DNA of 64,000 nt from an uncultured Candidatus Binatia bacterium (GCA_965218425.1 OZ244621.1:2144001-2208000), one strand, 5' to 3'. Positions 20,660 to 32,775 are shown, counted from the first letter of the stretch. Numbers and translations are program-made. Notes: a model not told the origin generated them from the letters alone.

Positions 20660-20855
20660 TTAAGATCCGAATTTCGCAGCTCGAAATCTCAAACAAACCA
20701 GATCCTCAAATCAAAAAAATCAAATCCAAAACGAGGATTTTGAGATGTTTTTTTGTTTTGATCATTTGGATTTGTTTCGAATTTCGGATTTCGAGTTTGG
20801 AATTTGTAAATTTGTTCCTACTTGGCGTGTTTTGCGGATTGGCGCGAGTGATCTT
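20660..20855 (-). repeat. ~200-bp palindromic interspersed element, copy 2 (inverted)
   Basis: Reverse complement of 16687-16883 with scattered mismatches. Confidence 0.9.
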
Positions 20856-20927
20856 AAGGGCCTCTGCCCCCGGCTCAGGACTATTTTCCCATTGGCAAGA
20901 GATTTTGGTATCATACGGCTAGGGGAT

Positions 20928-21308
20928 ATGGATAAAAAAACACTGCTAAATAGTGGGAAAAAGGTAGAAAAGTCGTGGGGATATGAGATCATATGGGCCC
21001 ATACCGACCATTATGTTGGAAAGATCCTCCATATTCGGAAAGCGGAATCTCTAAGCTACCAGTATCATGAGGTTAAAGATGAGACCATCCACCTGCTCGG
21101 GGGCTCGGTGGAATTGGAGGTTGAGGTTGAAGGAGTAAGAGACAAGATCCGCCTGGAGCCAGGGCAAGGTTTCCGAATCACGCCGGGGACCAAACATCGT
21201 ATGATGGCCTTGGAAGATTGTGATATCCTGGAGGCGTCCACCCCCGAACTGGACGACGTAGTCCGTTTAGAGGATCGTTACGGTCGGGTTGGACGCAAGA
21301 ATGATTAA
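20928..21308 (+). CDS. Cupin protein, mannose-6-phosphate isomerase type II C-domain-like
   Basis: VEKSWGYE, LSYQYHEVKDET, HRM, STPELDDVVRLEDRYGR; ATG 20928 after AGGGG. The longer ORF start runs through the repeat. Confidence 0.8.
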   Translation: MDKKTLLNSGKKVEKSWGYEIIWAHTDHYVGKILHIRKAESLSYQYHEVKDETIHLLGGSVELEVEVEGVRDKIRLEPGQGFRITPGTKHRMMALEDCDILEASTPELDDVVRLEDRYGRVGRKND

Positions 21309-21333
21309 AGATATATGGCGGTAGACTTCGGAC

Positions 21334-21582
21334 GTGCAGAACTATATGACCCTTGGCGAGCGGCTCGTCAAGCAAGAAATCATCTCTCCGGACGACCTGA
21401 ACCGTGTGATTCGTCTTCAGCAGGAACAGCGCATATCCTTCGTGCGCCTGGTTGTAGAGCTCGGTTTCGTCTCAGAAGATGACTTGTTGCCAGTGCTTAG
21501 CAAGCGTCTTTCAATACCCTATCTTTCCTTGAAGGAGTTTCCCTCCACATCTCTGTCCGCAAGCCGTCTAATGACGCCTTAG
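21334..21582 (+). pseudogene. Truncated GspE/PilB-type ATPase N-terminus (MshEN-like)
   Basis: LGERLVKQEIISPDDLNRVIRLQQE...LVVELGFVSEDDL...IPYLSL; similarity ends near 21555 with no ATPase domain. Confidence 0.7.
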
Positions 21583-21609
21583 AAGATCCCCGGACGTAAG
21601 TCCGGGGAA

Positions 21610-22260
21610 ATTTACTTTCAACTGTGGATTTTCTAAGGCAATGACGGCGTTGAGTTCGGTAATGTGGTTGTCTGGCAATTGGGTGGTCTCGAACCGGGAG
21701 AGCAGGGGACCCGGAGTTTGGTGGCGCAGGCGAATTTCTCGGACACCGGCGGAGCTTTCCTGACCAATAACAACGCCTATATTGAAAATTGGCTCAGTGT
21801 GCGCGATCCTACCGGTCCATCGCGGTGCGGCCGGTTGGGAGACAATGATAACGATCTGTTCCCCAATGGAGATGAGGTCCGCTGCGGCTCTAATCCAAAG
21901 GAGGCGGAGAGTACCTGTTACAGCCTCGAACTCCTGGAGGAGGATAAGGTTGTGGAGCGGGGCTCTGAGTTGACCTTTACGGTTCTGCTCAGGCGAAATC
22001 ATAATTTCGAATTTAGGAAAAGTTACCTTTAACACACCCAATAGCATGCCAGGAGTCCTTTGGACCTTTGCACGGCTCTGCGCGGTGCTGACTCCCGCCG
22101 ATGGAATGGTTTCGTTCCCCTTCACCATCCAGACCACGGCTACCACCCCGCTGGGCCGGCACACCATCATTATTCAGGCCCTCAGCGGTGACATGAAAGT
22201 GGAAGGGGCCCTCATTTTGGAGACCGTCCATCAAGGAAAAGCGACCTTCCCACTGACGGG
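21610..22260 (+). pseudogene. Degraded fragment of a secreted beta-sandwich repeat protein (DUF11-like)
   Basis: VVWQLGGLEPGEQGTRSL, DNDNDLFPNGDEVRCGSNP, FTIQTTATTPLGRHTIIIQA in different frames, with stops. Confidence 0.5.
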
Positions 22261-22261
22261 C

Positions 22262-23521
22262 TTACGCCTGTTCCTCCTTCGTAGCAGTGGATGACTCTCC
22301 CCCCAGGATCGCTGCCTTACGCAGGTGGGGACTCCAGAGAGTCACATATACGGTCATAGTAACTCCCAGCAGTGCCCCGAAGGCAACGGTGATGGGCGCA
22401 CCGATCAAGGTTGCGAGGGCGCCCATGGGAAACGCCCCCATTGGGCCTAGCCCACGGTTTAGGAGGCCATACAGGGACATGATCCTTCCCCGAGTGGCGT
22501 CCCGTGAATAGAGTTGAAGGGAAGTCGTGATCAGAGTGAGAAATGAGGTTTGAAAGGCGCCTGTCAGGAAAAGAAGACAAAGGGAGAGGGGAAAGGAGCG
22601 CGAGGCGGTGAAAAGGATGAGGGAGGAACCAAATCCGCATGCTAGAATAGCCATTAAAAGGTGAGTTCTCGGGAAGCGTCTGATGGAGGCAAAAACCAAT
22701 CCGCCGACTACTGCCCCTGCTCCAGGGGCCATGAGGAGAAAACCTAATCCGGGGGCGCCCACGAAGAGGATGTCGCGGGCAAAGACCGGCATAAATTGAT
22801 TGTAGGGTTTGGTGAAAAAGCTGATGACTGCAAGGGCTAAAAACAAGGAGAAAAAGATGGGTGTGTTCCATGCCACTGATAGACCCTCGGTGACATCTTT
22901 GCCAAGGGACTTTCTTTGTGCCACGGCGGGCCTCTGTGGGATATGAATGAGAAAGATGGTCACAAGGATGATAGCACTCCCTGCGGAATGGAAGAAAAAA
23001 CATCCGGCTGTCCCGATGACGGTAATCAGCATGCCGGCAATGGCCGGCCCGATGAGAGGGGAGCCGTTGAATATAAGATTATAAAGGCTAACCGCGTTGA
23101 TGAGGTCTTGCTGGGGAACGAGATGATGCAATACCGATTGCCGCACGGGTTGCTCGAAGGACAAAAGGAAACCCGTCAGTGCCGAAACAATGAGAACATG
23201 CCATACATGGATGAGCCCCGTGTAATTCATCACCCCCAGGAACAGAGCCATAATCAGGAAACAGCTTTGGGTTATAATAAAAAGCGCCCGGCGATTGACC
23301 CGATCCACCACCGCTCCCCCAACGGGGGAAAAAATCGTGCGTGGAAGTCCCAGGCAAAATCCATAGAGTCCGAGATAAAAGGGCGAGTCTGTAAGCTCGA
23401 GGACGAGCCACCCCGCTGCAGTGGTCTGAATGAGGGATCCGTTGTGGCCAAGGCACAGACCCAACCAGAAAATAAAGTAGTCGCGATGGCGGAAAGCGCG
23501 AAAGGTATTGGTTAGGAACAT
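22262..23521 (-). CDS. MFS transporter (MFS_3/DHA3-like)
   Basis: FRAFRHRDY..FW, GGAVVDRVNRR, RGRIMSLY; about 12 TM segments. Confidence 0.9.
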   Translation of the reverse strand: MFLTNTFRAFRHRDYFIFWLGLCLGHNGSLIQTTAAGWLVLELTDSPFYLGLYGFCLGLPRTIFSPVGGAVVDRVNRRALFIITQSCFLIMALFLGVMNYTGLIHVWHVLIVSALTGFLLSFEQPVRQSVLHHLVPQQDLINAVSLYNLIFNGSPLIGPAIAGMLITVIGTAGCFFFHSAGSAIILVTIFLIHIPQRPAVAQRKSLGKDVTEGLSVAWNTPIFFSLFLALAVISFFTKPYNQFMPVFARDILFVGAPGLGFLLMAPGAGAVVGGLVFASIRRFPRTHLLMAILACGFGSSLILFTASRSFPLSLCLLFLTGAFQTSFLTLITTSLQLYSRDATRGRIMSLYGLLNRGLGPMGAFPMGALATLIGAPITVAFGALLGVTMTVYVTLWSPHLRKAAILGGESSTATKEEQA

Positions 23522-23658
23522 ATTAATAGGTTCATTTGTGCTTCAACAAGTGACCCAGTCAGCAACCCCCCGGGCGAGCCTTTCCGATCATCAGGTCAGC
23601 CTTTAGCTGAAGATTGTTCCTCATAACATGAATTATTAGTGAAGACGGGGTAGGGGCG

Positions 23659-24978
23659 TTATTTCCCCTTCTTTTTCTCTTCCCAGCCTCTCATCCGCTC
23701 CTTGATGGCCTTCTCGTAGCCGGAATCGGAGGGGTCGTAGTACTTCCTCTTCTCGAGTTCTTCAGGCAAGTGTTCTTGTTTCACTATATTCCCAGGAAAG
23801 TTGTGTGCGTATCGGTATCCCTTTCCGTATCCCAGCTTTTCCATGAGCGGGGTGGGTGCGTTGCGTAGGTGCATTGGTACGGGCAGGGCGCCTTTTTCCT
23901 CTACATCTTTTCCCGCCTCAAGCATGGCTTTGTAAGAGGCATTGGATTTTGGTGCTGTGGCGAGATAGGTCGCCGCTTGGGAAAGGGGGATTTTTCCTTC
24001 GGGGAGACCTACGAAATGAACGGCATCTTTTGCCGCCACTGCAACCTGGAGGGCGCGGGGATCCGCATTGCCAATATCCTCTGAGGCGAAAATAATCATC
24101 CGGCGCGCAATAAAAAGCGGGTCCTCTCCCGCTTCCAGCATACGCATCATCCAGTACAGGGCAGCGTCCGGATCGCTCCCCCTCAGGCTCTTGATGAAGG
24201 CAGAGATGACGTTGTGGTGCTCCTCACCCGATTTGTCGTAACGAAGAGCCCTCTTTTGCATTGCCTCCTGAAGGGACGAAATCAAGACTCCCCCGTCTGG
24301 TTGTTTAGTAAGAGCGGTGGCTGTCTCCAGGGTGTTCAGGGCCGTGCGCGCGTCTCCCTGGGACTCTTGAACGAGAAACTCCATGGCTTCTTGGGTTATC
24401 TTCAGCTTTAAGTGCCCCAATCCTCTCTTCTCGTCACCTAAGGCGCGTTCGATGATCTCCCGCAGCTCTTCGGGGGATAGGGGATAGAGAACCAGTACCT
24501 GGCAGCGTGAGAGGAGTGGCGGGATGACCTCGAAGGAAGGGTTCTCGGTGGTGGCACCAATGAGGATGATCGTCCCGTTCTCCACATGGGGCAAGAAGGT
24601 GTCTTGTTGGGCCTTGTTGAAGTGGTGGATCTCATCCACGAAGAGGACCATGGGTTTGCCCAGGCGATGGAGGCGTTCGGCTTCTTCAATGATCTTCTTC
24701 AGCTCCTTAACACCGGAGGCGACAGCAGAAAAATGGAAACAGAAGGCGTCACAGGAGGCGGCCAGTAGCTGTGCTAGAGTCGTCTTGCCGCTCCCTGGTG
24801 GTCCCCACAGGATGAGAGAGTGAAGGCGGCCCGCTTGAACTACCCCCCTGAGTAATTTTCCCGGGCCCAACAGGTGCCGCTGGCCTACAAACTCGTCGAT
24901 GGTAACGGGTCGCATTCTTTTAGCCAGCGGAGCCTTGGAATCCACGGTTGGTTTGGTGGAAGTCTCGAATAACTCCAT
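23659..24978 (-). CDS. rarA: Replication-associated recombination protein A
   Basis: PLAKRMRP, WGPPGSGKTT, DEIH, GATTENPSF, SAFIKSLRGSDPDAA. Confidence 0.97.
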   Translation of the reverse strand: MELFETSTKPTVDSKAPLAKRMRPVTIDEFVGQRHLLGPGKLLRGVVQAGRLHSLILWGPPGSGKTTLAQLLAASCDAFCFHFSAVASGVKELKKIIEEAERLHRLGKPMVLFVDEIHHFNKAQQDTFLPHVENGTIILIGATTENPSFEVIPPLLSRCQVLVLYPLSPEELREIIERALGDEKRGLGHLKLKITQEAMEFLVQESQGDARTALNTLETATALTKQPDGGVLISSLQEAMQKRALRYDKSGEEHHNVISAFIKSLRGSDPDAALYWMMRMLEAGEDPLFIARRMIIFASEDIGNADPRALQVAVAAKDAVHFVGLPEGKIPLSQAATYLATAPKSNASYKAMLEAGKDVEEKGALPVPMHLRNAPTPLMEKLGYGKGYRYAHNFPGNIVKQEHLPEELEKRKYYDPSDSGYEKAIKERMRGWEEKKKGK

Positions 24979-25056
24979 AAGGCGAAATCTATCACAATAT
25001 GGCGGTCACAGTGTAGTGGCGGCCCACAGGGCTCGGGAACCTGCCCCCTAGGAATC

Positions 25057-25165
25057 GCTGAGCGCTAAAGTGTTAAGTGTTCACAGAGGATTGCCGAGTG
25101 CGTAGCGTCCATCTTTAATCTATCCGCTATCAGCCAGCTAAATTCACTCAGTACTCATTGCTTAT
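25057..25165. repeat. Degenerate 7-bp array related to 5071-5161
   Basis: Shares acagaggattg with 5113-5123; ends cactcag tactcat tgcttat (reverse complement of ctgagt-type units). Confidence 0.55.
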
Positions 25166-25298
25166 GCCAGTGCGGGCCCCTTTCGCTCGAAGCCGGTGAG
25201 GCGACGCAGGGGAGCGAAATAAAGCCGCCCAGGTCCTAACTCGATGGAGTCCCGCCGAGGTGAGTCTCTTAAATATGGGGATGAGATTTTGGAAGGCT

Positions 25299-25649
25299 CT
25301 AAGAACGCTGTCTTTCGTCTTCGTAGAGTCGCGCGCGTTTTCCCGACAGGTCTCTCAGATAATAGAGTTTGGCCCTGCGTACTTTGCCGCTTGACATCAC
25401 TTGGATCTTATCGATACGCGGGGAGTACAGCGGAAAAATCCGTTCCACGCCCACTCCATAAGAGATCTTTCGCACGGTAAAGGTGCTTCGGCTTCCTTTG
25501 CCCGATATGCCGATGACCACTCCTTCGAAGACCTGGGTTCTCTCCTTTTCACCCTCCACCACCTTCACGTGGACTCGGACCGTTTGACCGGCTTTTAGGG
25601 AAGGGACCTCTTTTTTCTGTTCGGCTTCGATTTGTTCGATTAGGTTCAT
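25299..25649 (-). CDS. rplS: 50S ribosomal protein L19
   Basis: [35 protein letters not shown]. Confidence 0.99.
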   Translation of the reverse strand: MNLIEQIEAEQKKEVPSLKAGQTVRVHVKVVEGEKERTQVFEGVVIGISGKGSRSTFTVRKISYGVGVERIFPLYSPRIDKIQVMSSGKVRRAKLYYLRDLSGKRARLYEDERQRS

Positions 25650-25665
25650 AAACGCCTTCCTTGTC

Positions 25666-26946
25666 TCACACGGTCCCTAAAAGCTCATGGAGCATGATGG
25701 CCGTCGCCGACCGGACCGAAAGATGATTGTAATCAGCATTTCCTTCCACTGCCTGTAAGATATAGTCAGATTGGCTCAGGACCGCCTCGGAAAGGCCCCA
25801 GCCTGTACCCAAAAGGAGCAGAAAAGGGTTACGGCTTCTTTCTAGCATATCCCTCATGTCAGAGAAAGAGGTCCTCTTCACCCCATCCACCGCCCGGGCG
25901 GAGGTGGCCACGAGGGCGGGCCGGGTTCCGCATTCCCGTTCCACGTCTATGATGGCATGGTCCAGCGTATCCGACAGACGAACCAGCGCCAGGGCATCTT
26001 TCCTGGTTTCGTTGTAGGTGCTTCCGTAGCCGACTTCCCAGTGGTCGATGATCTTGGCGGCTAGCTTTTGCAGCGCTTTTACGGGGTTGACAATATAGAG
26101 CCCTTTAGCTCCGTAGGTGCGCGCTGAGCGGGCAATGTCATGTATATCCATATTGGTAATTGCAGTGGTGACCACCTGCTTGTTCTTGTCGTAGACCGGA
26201 TGATGCAGCAGGGCTAGATAGAGGGGGGCCAAAGGCTGCACCAACAGTCTATCCTCAGCGGTCAGTTTCGCCTTCCTAAATAAATCAGGCCTCCGCTCTC
26301 GTGTGAGCTTGAGACTCATCTCCCTACGCCAGCTCTTGATCCGGCTGTGATCACCTGAGATGAGAACTTCAGGGACCCTTCGGTCTCTGAATTCCTCGGG
26401 GCGTGTGTACTGTGGGTGTTCCAGGAGACCGTCTGTGAACGATTCTTCTTCGGTGGATTTTTCGTTTCCCAGAACTCCCGGAATCAATCGGGCCACGGCA
26501 TCGATCACCACCATGGCGGGTAGCTCTCCGCCGCTCAGGGTGTAGTCGCCGATGGAAAGCTCATCGTCGACAAAACCTCTGACTCGCTCATCCACCCCTT
26601 CATAGCGTCCACAGACGAGCACAAACTCTTTCTCTTGGGCGAGGCGCGAGGCCTCCGCTTGGTTGAAGACCCTTCCCCGGGGGGTTAATAGAATGACGCG
26701 TGGGCGCTTTAACTTCTTTCTTGCATCCTCGATGGCTGCGACCAGAGGTTCCGGTTTCATGACCATTCCCTGGCCGCCGCCATAGGGATAGTCGTCCGTG
26801 ATCCGGTGTCGGTCCTTGCAGTAGTCCCTGGGATCCACCAGCTTAACCGACAGGAGCCCCTTATCCTGGGCCTTTTTTAAGATGCTATGGCCCAGCGGAG
26901 AGGGAAACATCTGCGGGAACAGGGTGATAACTTTAAACTCAAGCAC
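25666..26946 (-). CDS. trmD: tRNA m1G37 methyltransferase TrmD fused to a Tm1570-family SPOUT domain
   Basis: [35 protein letters not shown]-terminal [39 protein letters not shown]. Confidence 0.95.
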   Translation of the reverse strand: MLEFKVITLFPQMFPSPLGHSILKKAQDKGLLSVKLVDPRDYCKDRHRITDDYPYGGGQGMVMKPEPLVAAIEDARKKLKRPRVILLTPRGRVFNQAEASRLAQEKEFVLVCGRYEGVDERVRGFVDDELSIGDYTLSGGELPAMVVIDAVARLIPGVLGNEKSTEEESFTDGLLEHPQYTRPEEFRDRRVPEVLISGDHSRIKSWRREMSLKLTRERRPDLFRKAKLTAEDRLLVQPLAPLYLALLHHPVYDKNKQVVTTAITNMDIHDIARSARTYGAKGLYIVNPVKALQKLAAKIIDHWEVGYGSTYNETRKDALALVRLSDTLDHAIIDVERECGTRPALVATSARAVDGVKRTSFSDMRDMLERSRNPFLLLLGTGWGLSEAVLSQSDYILQAVEGNADYNHLSVRSATAIMLHELLGTV

Positions 26947-26972
26947 GGTCTAATTTGATCCCAAATCGGAGG

Positions 26973-27485
26973 TCAAACCTCCAGGAGTCCCTCGGGAGGG
27001 TTGATCAGCATCCTTCCTGCGGCGAGGTCGATCCTTTCAATCACCTCTTTGACCGCTGGAATAAGATACTCTTTCGCGGCATCGGTGACCACATAGAGGT
27101 CACCCCCCTCTTTAATCCAAATCCTCGTCACCTTCCCTACGCGTTCACCCCGGGTGGTGAAAACCTCGAGACCCACAGCCTGATAGTAATAGAATTCCCC
27201 AGGTTCGGGCGGCTCGAGGTCCTGTTCGGCTACCAGCAAAGTAGAACCAACCCAGATCTTGGCAAAATTGATGTCGTTAGCCCCTTGGAGCTTGACCAGG
27301 AGATGACCCTTGTGGACTTTACTCGATTCGAGAATTTGAGGGGAGCGATCTCCCTCTTTTTCAAGAACGATCTGTCGACCCCACCCCAGAGCTGGACTCT
27401 GGAGATTATTGGTTTTTAGCTTCAGCCACCCTGCGATCCCATGCGTGGCGACAAGCTTACCTAGGGGGATAAATTGGTCGGACAC
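26973..27485 (-). CDS. rimM: Ribosome maturation factor RimM
   Basis: GKLVATHGIAGWLK, EFYY, LIPAV; position in the trmD operon. Confidence 0.93.
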   Translation of the reverse strand: MSDQFIPLGKLVATHGIAGWLKLKTNNLQSPALGWGRQIVLEKEGDRSPQILESSKVHKGHLLVKLQGANDINFAKIWVGSTLLVAEQDLEPPEPGEFYYYQAVGLEVFTTRGERVGKVTRIWIKEGGDLYVVTDAAKEYLIPAVKEVIERIDLAAGRMLINPPEGLLEV

Positions 27486-27641
27486 TTTGAGGCGGCACTG
27501 GCTTATCCGTCTTCGCTGAAGACTCCAGGCATATGCCCTTGAATGATTGCGAACGACGAATCCCCCGAAGCTGGAAGAGAGGTGCCCCGGCGGATTTCGT
27601 CGAAAACATGAAGGTTGCCACGGTTGTGAACCGGGGGGGCT

Positions 27642-27878
27642 TCATTTCTCTTCCACGATTTCGAGGACTACCTTGCGATTTACCCTCGTGGCAGCCGCAT
27701 TGAGTATGGTTCGTATGGACTTTGCGGTTCTTCCTTGTTTACCGATGATTCGGCCAAGGTCCTCTTTGGCCACCCTAAGCTCTAGCACCGAGGCGGCTTC
27801 TCCTTGAGTCTCCTTAACTTCCACGGCGTCAGGATTGTCAACCAAGGATTTTGCTAGATAGTCAACCAGGTCCTTCAT
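27642..27878 (-). CDS. khpA: KH-domain RNA-binding protein KhpA
   Basis: DLGRIIGKQGRTAKSIR; lies between rpsP and rimM. Confidence 0.92.
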   Translation of the reverse strand: MKDLVDYLAKSLVDNPDAVEVKETQGEAASVLELRVAKEDLGRIIGKQGRTAKSIRTILNAAATRVNRKVVLEIVEEK

Positions 27879-27924
27879 GAGCGAGATGACCTCCTGTTTA
27901 TCAAATTAATCAGGGACGCAAGTG

Positions 27925-28191
27925 TCAATTGCCTTCCACCGGGCGGCTTCCTGTGCTTGCGGCCTTTTTAATTAGTTCTGAGACGGTTTGGCTGGGTTGG
28001 GCTCCCCGTTGAAGCCATTTTTCGATGCTTTCGTCGTTCAATTTGATTCCACCGGAAGTTACCATGGGATCATAGGTTCCCACCTGGTCGATAAATCTTC
28101 CATCTCGAGGTGACCGGGAATCAGTGACAACGATACGATAAAACGGCTTCTTTTTGGCACCATGCCTGGTAAGGCGAATTCGTACACTCAT
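27925..28191 (-). CDS. rpsP: 30S ribosomal protein S16
   Basis: [31 protein letters not shown]. Confidence 0.99.
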   Translation of the reverse strand: MSVRIRLTRHGAKKKPFYRIVVTDSRSPRDGRFIDQVGTYDPMVTSGGIKLNDESIEKWLQRGAQPSQTVSELIKKAASTGSRPVEGN

Positions 28192-28207
28192 GTTTTTCGT
28201 TTTTCTC

Positions 28208-29548
28208 CTATCGAAATGGTATTGGCATGCGGCTATATGCCCCTCTCGCTCCCATCTTAGTCATCTTCTGCATCATTTTTCTCATTTCCAGAAACTGTTT
28301 TATCAGGCGATTTACATCAGTTACCGTGCTGCCGCTGCCGCTGGCGATTCTCTTTCTTCGGCTCCCGTTTAGTAGATTGGGGTTGCGTCGCTCCACCACC
28401 GTCATGGAATTGATAATGGCTTCTGTCCTTTTAAACTCATGATCCGCCTGACTCATGTCTACCTTTTGGCTCAGCTTTCTTCCCCCCGGAATAAGATCCA
28501 ACAGTTCGCCGACGGAGCCCATTTTTTTCATGGTCTGGAGTTGTGCGAGGAAGTCCTCTAAAGAAAAAGCATTTTTCTTTTTCAGTTTTTCCAGTCTCTG
28601 GGTGGTTTTCTCTTCATGGGCCTGTTCTGCCTTTTCGATGAGGGTAAGAACATCTCCCATCCCCAGGATTCTCGAAGCCAACCGGTCCGGGACGAAGGGT
28701 TCCAGGGCGTTGAGTTTTTCTCCAACTCCAATGAATTGGATGGGTTTGCCGACGATTTCACGCATGGAAAGGGCTGCTCCTCCCCGCGCGTCTCCATCCA
28801 TCTTCGTGAGAATAATTCCTGTGAGGTCAACAGATTCGCTGAATTGCTGGGCTTGGTTGACGGCATCCTGTCCAGTCATGGCGTCCGCCACCAGTAGAAT
28901 ATGGTGAGGAGTCAGGGATCCCTGAATTTCCTTGAGCTCGTTCATGAGCTCCGTATCAATGTGAAGCCTTCCAGCCGTGTCGATGAGCACCAGGTCACAG
29001 ATCTGTTTTTTGGCTTCCTCCAAGGCTTCCTGGCAAATGACTACCGGCGAGGTATCAGGATGGGAGTCGTAAACCGGTACGTTCAGTTCCCCGGCCAAAA
29101 CCTTTAGCTGTTCGATGGCCGCAGGCCGATGAATGTCCGCAGGGACGAGGTAAGGGGTGCGCTTTTTCTCCTTTTTGAGGTAACCCGCTAACTTGGCGAT
29201 GGTTGTGGTCTTACCGGAGCCTTGTAGGCCCACGAGCAGGATGATTACGGGTGGCGAGACTCTTAGATTTAGATCTTCGGTCTCACCCCCTAGAAGTGAG
29301 ACGATCTCTTCCCTGACGATCTTGAGGAACTGTTGTTCCGGGGTGAGGCTGAGCAAAACCTCTTGGCCAAGGGCCTTACCTTTAACTGAATCGATGAATT
29401 TCTTTACGACCTTGAAGTTTACGTCAGCTTCCAACAGGGCTAGGCGGACCTCACGGAGGCTATCTTCGACGTTTTTTTCAGTGATCTTTCCCTGACCTCT
29501 AAGCTTCTTAAAAGTCAACTCCAGTTTGTCGGTTAAGCTCTCGAACAT
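28208..29548 (-). CDS. ffh: Signal recognition particle protein Ffh
   Basis: [34 protein letters not shown]; Met-rich M domain. Confidence 0.99.
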   Translation of the reverse strand: MFESLTDKLELTFKKLRGQGKITEKNVEDSLREVRLALLEADVNFKVVKKFIDSVKGKALGQEVLLSLTPEQQFLKIVREEIVSLLGGETEDLNLRVSPPVIILLVGLQGSGKTTTIAKLAGYLKKEKKRTPYLVPADIHRPAAIEQLKVLAGELNVPVYDSHPDTSPVVICQEALEEAKKQICDLVLIDTAGRLHIDTELMNELKEIQGSLTPHHILLVADAMTGQDAVNQAQQFSESVDLTGIILTKMDGDARGGAALSMREIVGKPIQFIGVGEKLNALEPFVPDRLASRILGMGDVLTLIEKAEQAHEEKTTQRLEKLKKKNAFSLEDFLAQLQTMKKMGSVGELLDLIPGGRKLSQKVDMSQADHEFKRTEAIINSMTVVERRNPNLLNGSRRKRIASGSGSTVTDVNRLIKQFLEMRKMMQKMTKMGARGAYSRMPIPFR

Positions 29549-29598
29549 GTTGGAATGATAGGTAACTTGTTATCTTTTCAGGGAAAAATACTAAGGTG

Positions 29599-29627
29599 AG
29601 GCTAGTACGAAATCTGGATTTTGTCAA
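29599..29627 (-). promoter_or_regulatory. Putative sigma70 promoter for the ffh operon
   Basis: Minus strand TTGACA-17-TAGCCT. Confidence 0.55.
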
Positions 29628-29641
29628 GGAGAGCGTAGGAA

Positions 29642-29687
29642 TCCGGCCCACCGAAGCCCAAACCATGGGGCTGGTCGGCAGGCCGGA
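29642..29687 (-). terminator. Long GC hairpin downstream of groEL
   Basis: tccggcc..ccga.agccc / gggct..tcgg..ggccgga; no clear U tract. Confidence 0.35.
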
Positions 29688-29703
29688 ATGTTGGGATAGG
29701 TGA

Positions 29704-31365
<1,662 letters not shown>

Positions 31366-31384
31366 TTAAAATTCTTGAATTAAT

Positions 31385-31675
31385 CTATTTTTGGACAACC
31401 CCAAGGATGTCTTCTTCACGCATTATAAGATGCTCTTCGTCGTCGATATTGATCTCCGTACCGGCGTATTTCCCAAATAGCACCCGGTCGTTGACTTTAA
31501 CGTCCATAGGAGTGACCTTGCCACTCTCGTCCACCTTACCCTTACCGACTGCAACCACACGTCCTTCTTGCGGTTTTTCCTTGGCAGTATCCGGGATGAT
31601 AATTCCTCCCTTTGATTTCTCTTCCTCTTCGATCCTTTTGACTATCACCCGATCCTGCAACGGCTTGATCTTCAT
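31385..31675 (-). CDS. groS: Co-chaperonin GroES
   Basis: [22 protein letters not shown]. Confidence 0.99.
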   Translation of the reverse strand: MKIKPLQDRVIVKRIEEEEKSKGGIIIPDTAKEKPQEGRVVAVGKGKVDESGKVTPMDVKVNDRVLFGKYAGTEINIDDEEHLIMREEDILGVVQK

Positions 31676-31799
31676 ATTCCTCCTCCTTTATTGTCCTCTC
31701 GCCGGCAAAATGACTTGCCAGCACAGCGTAAATTATTTATTTTGCATAGAAAAAATATTTCCTGTGCAGATGTTACTAACCCGTGGACCAGTCGGCCTA

Positions 31800-31827
31800 A
31801 ATTTAATCAGAAACCTTCCCCTGTCAA
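31800..31827 (-). promoter_or_regulatory. Putative sigma70 promoter for groESL
   Basis: Minus strand TTGACA-16-TAAATT. Confidence 0.55.
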
Positions 31828-31888
31828 GGGGGTGGATGGGAGTAATTAGTCGTATAACAGTCGCGGTAGGAAAGCAAGGGCCGGTGGT

Positions 31889-32164
31889 TTAGCCCTTCTG
31901 CTTCTTCAGTTCTTGCTCAAAATACTTGCAGTAGAGAATTTCCCATTCTCTACTTCCGGGAGGTACTGGGCGGGATAATGATTGGATTTTGTTACGTACC
32001 AACTGGTGGATTCGGTCCTCAATATCGCCAAACTCGCTAAGGACCTCTTTGATTTCTTTTAATAGTTTAGAATCATTGGAGAATCCAATGAGCTGTTCCT
32101 TGCGCAAGCGATCCATAATCTGATGCGCAAGATGGGAAATCCGGCCGTCAGAGAGTCCACTCAT
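31889..32164 (-). CDS. DUF507-family protein
   Basis: LSDGRISHLAH...VRNKIQSLSRPVPPGSREWEILY; paired with an upstream paralog. Confidence 0.75.
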   Translation of the reverse strand: MSGLSDGRISHLAHQIMDRLRKEQLIGFSNDSKLLKEIKEVLSEFGDIEDRIHQLVRNKIQSLSRPVPPGSREWEILYCKYFEQELKKQKG

Positions 32165-32436
32165 AGGGTGAATCCCTTCTTTTCAGCCAGTTTTTGTTTG
32201 ATCAGCAGAAGCATCTTATGCCGATCCATGGATTTCGTTTCTCCCGCGAGGCTGTCCATCATCTTTCGTGCCTCCTCTTCTATAGCCTCCTCCTCCCGGA
32301 AGTTTTGTGTTATAATTTCCCCAATCCGCTTTCGCACGGCCCCCTCATCCGTTTTGAGGACAATCAGATCCTTGGCGCGGCAATTTTTTAGCAGGCGCTC
32401 AGCCAATCTATCAACCTGCTCGGGCTTGATTTTCAT
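32161..32436 (-). CDS. DUF507-family protein
   Basis: E..IEEEARKM...DRHKM...IKQKLAEKKGFTL. Confidence 0.75.
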   Translation of the reverse strand: MKIKPEQVDRLAERLLKNCRAKDLIVLKTDEGAVRKRIGEIITQNFREEEAIEEEARKMMDSLAGETKSMDRHKMLLLIKQKLAEKKGFTL

Positions 32437-32440
32437 CGGC

Positions 32441-32730
32441 TGTGAACAAACCGTGGAAACAGTTGGGGAGACACTGTGCGGACCAAAGACTAAAACACCT
32501 TTTCATTATCTGTATTCCTAGGTTTAGTCAACCCTAAATTTCACGCGCGGAGACAAATTTGTACTGGGTTCTAAAAACAAGAAGTGATAGTATTAATTGG
32601 CTTTTTGTGCTCAAATCCGATTCGTCGGTGTGCCATGTAAACCGGGGGGGCAAGCTTAGGTTCAGATGGAGGCGGTGCGTTATCCACAGGTAGGATACGG
32701 TTCCTTTAGCGACCCTCTATTTTATTAACA
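32441..32730. promoter_or_regulatory. DnaA-box cluster in a divergent intergenic region (oriC candidate)
   Basis: Perfect TTATCCACA at 32680-32688; degenerate boxes at 32441, 32452, 32464, 32475 and 32722. Confidence 0.45.
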
Positions 32731-32775
32731 ACCAAGGAACGGTTGTCCATCGAGGTGCAATACCAGTTCCGAATT

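Noticed and set aside
20599..20927. ORF 20599-20922 and the N-terminal extension of ORF 20745
   Set aside because: They are translations of the palindromic repeat element
27486..27641. 156-bp spacer between khpA and rimM as a possible RNA element
   Set aside because: No recognisable motif and no second copy found by eye
31772..31800. CIRCE operator at the groES promoter
   Set aside because: ttaggccga-N9-gggttagtaa is in the expected position but too far from TTAGCACTC-N9-GAGTGCTAA
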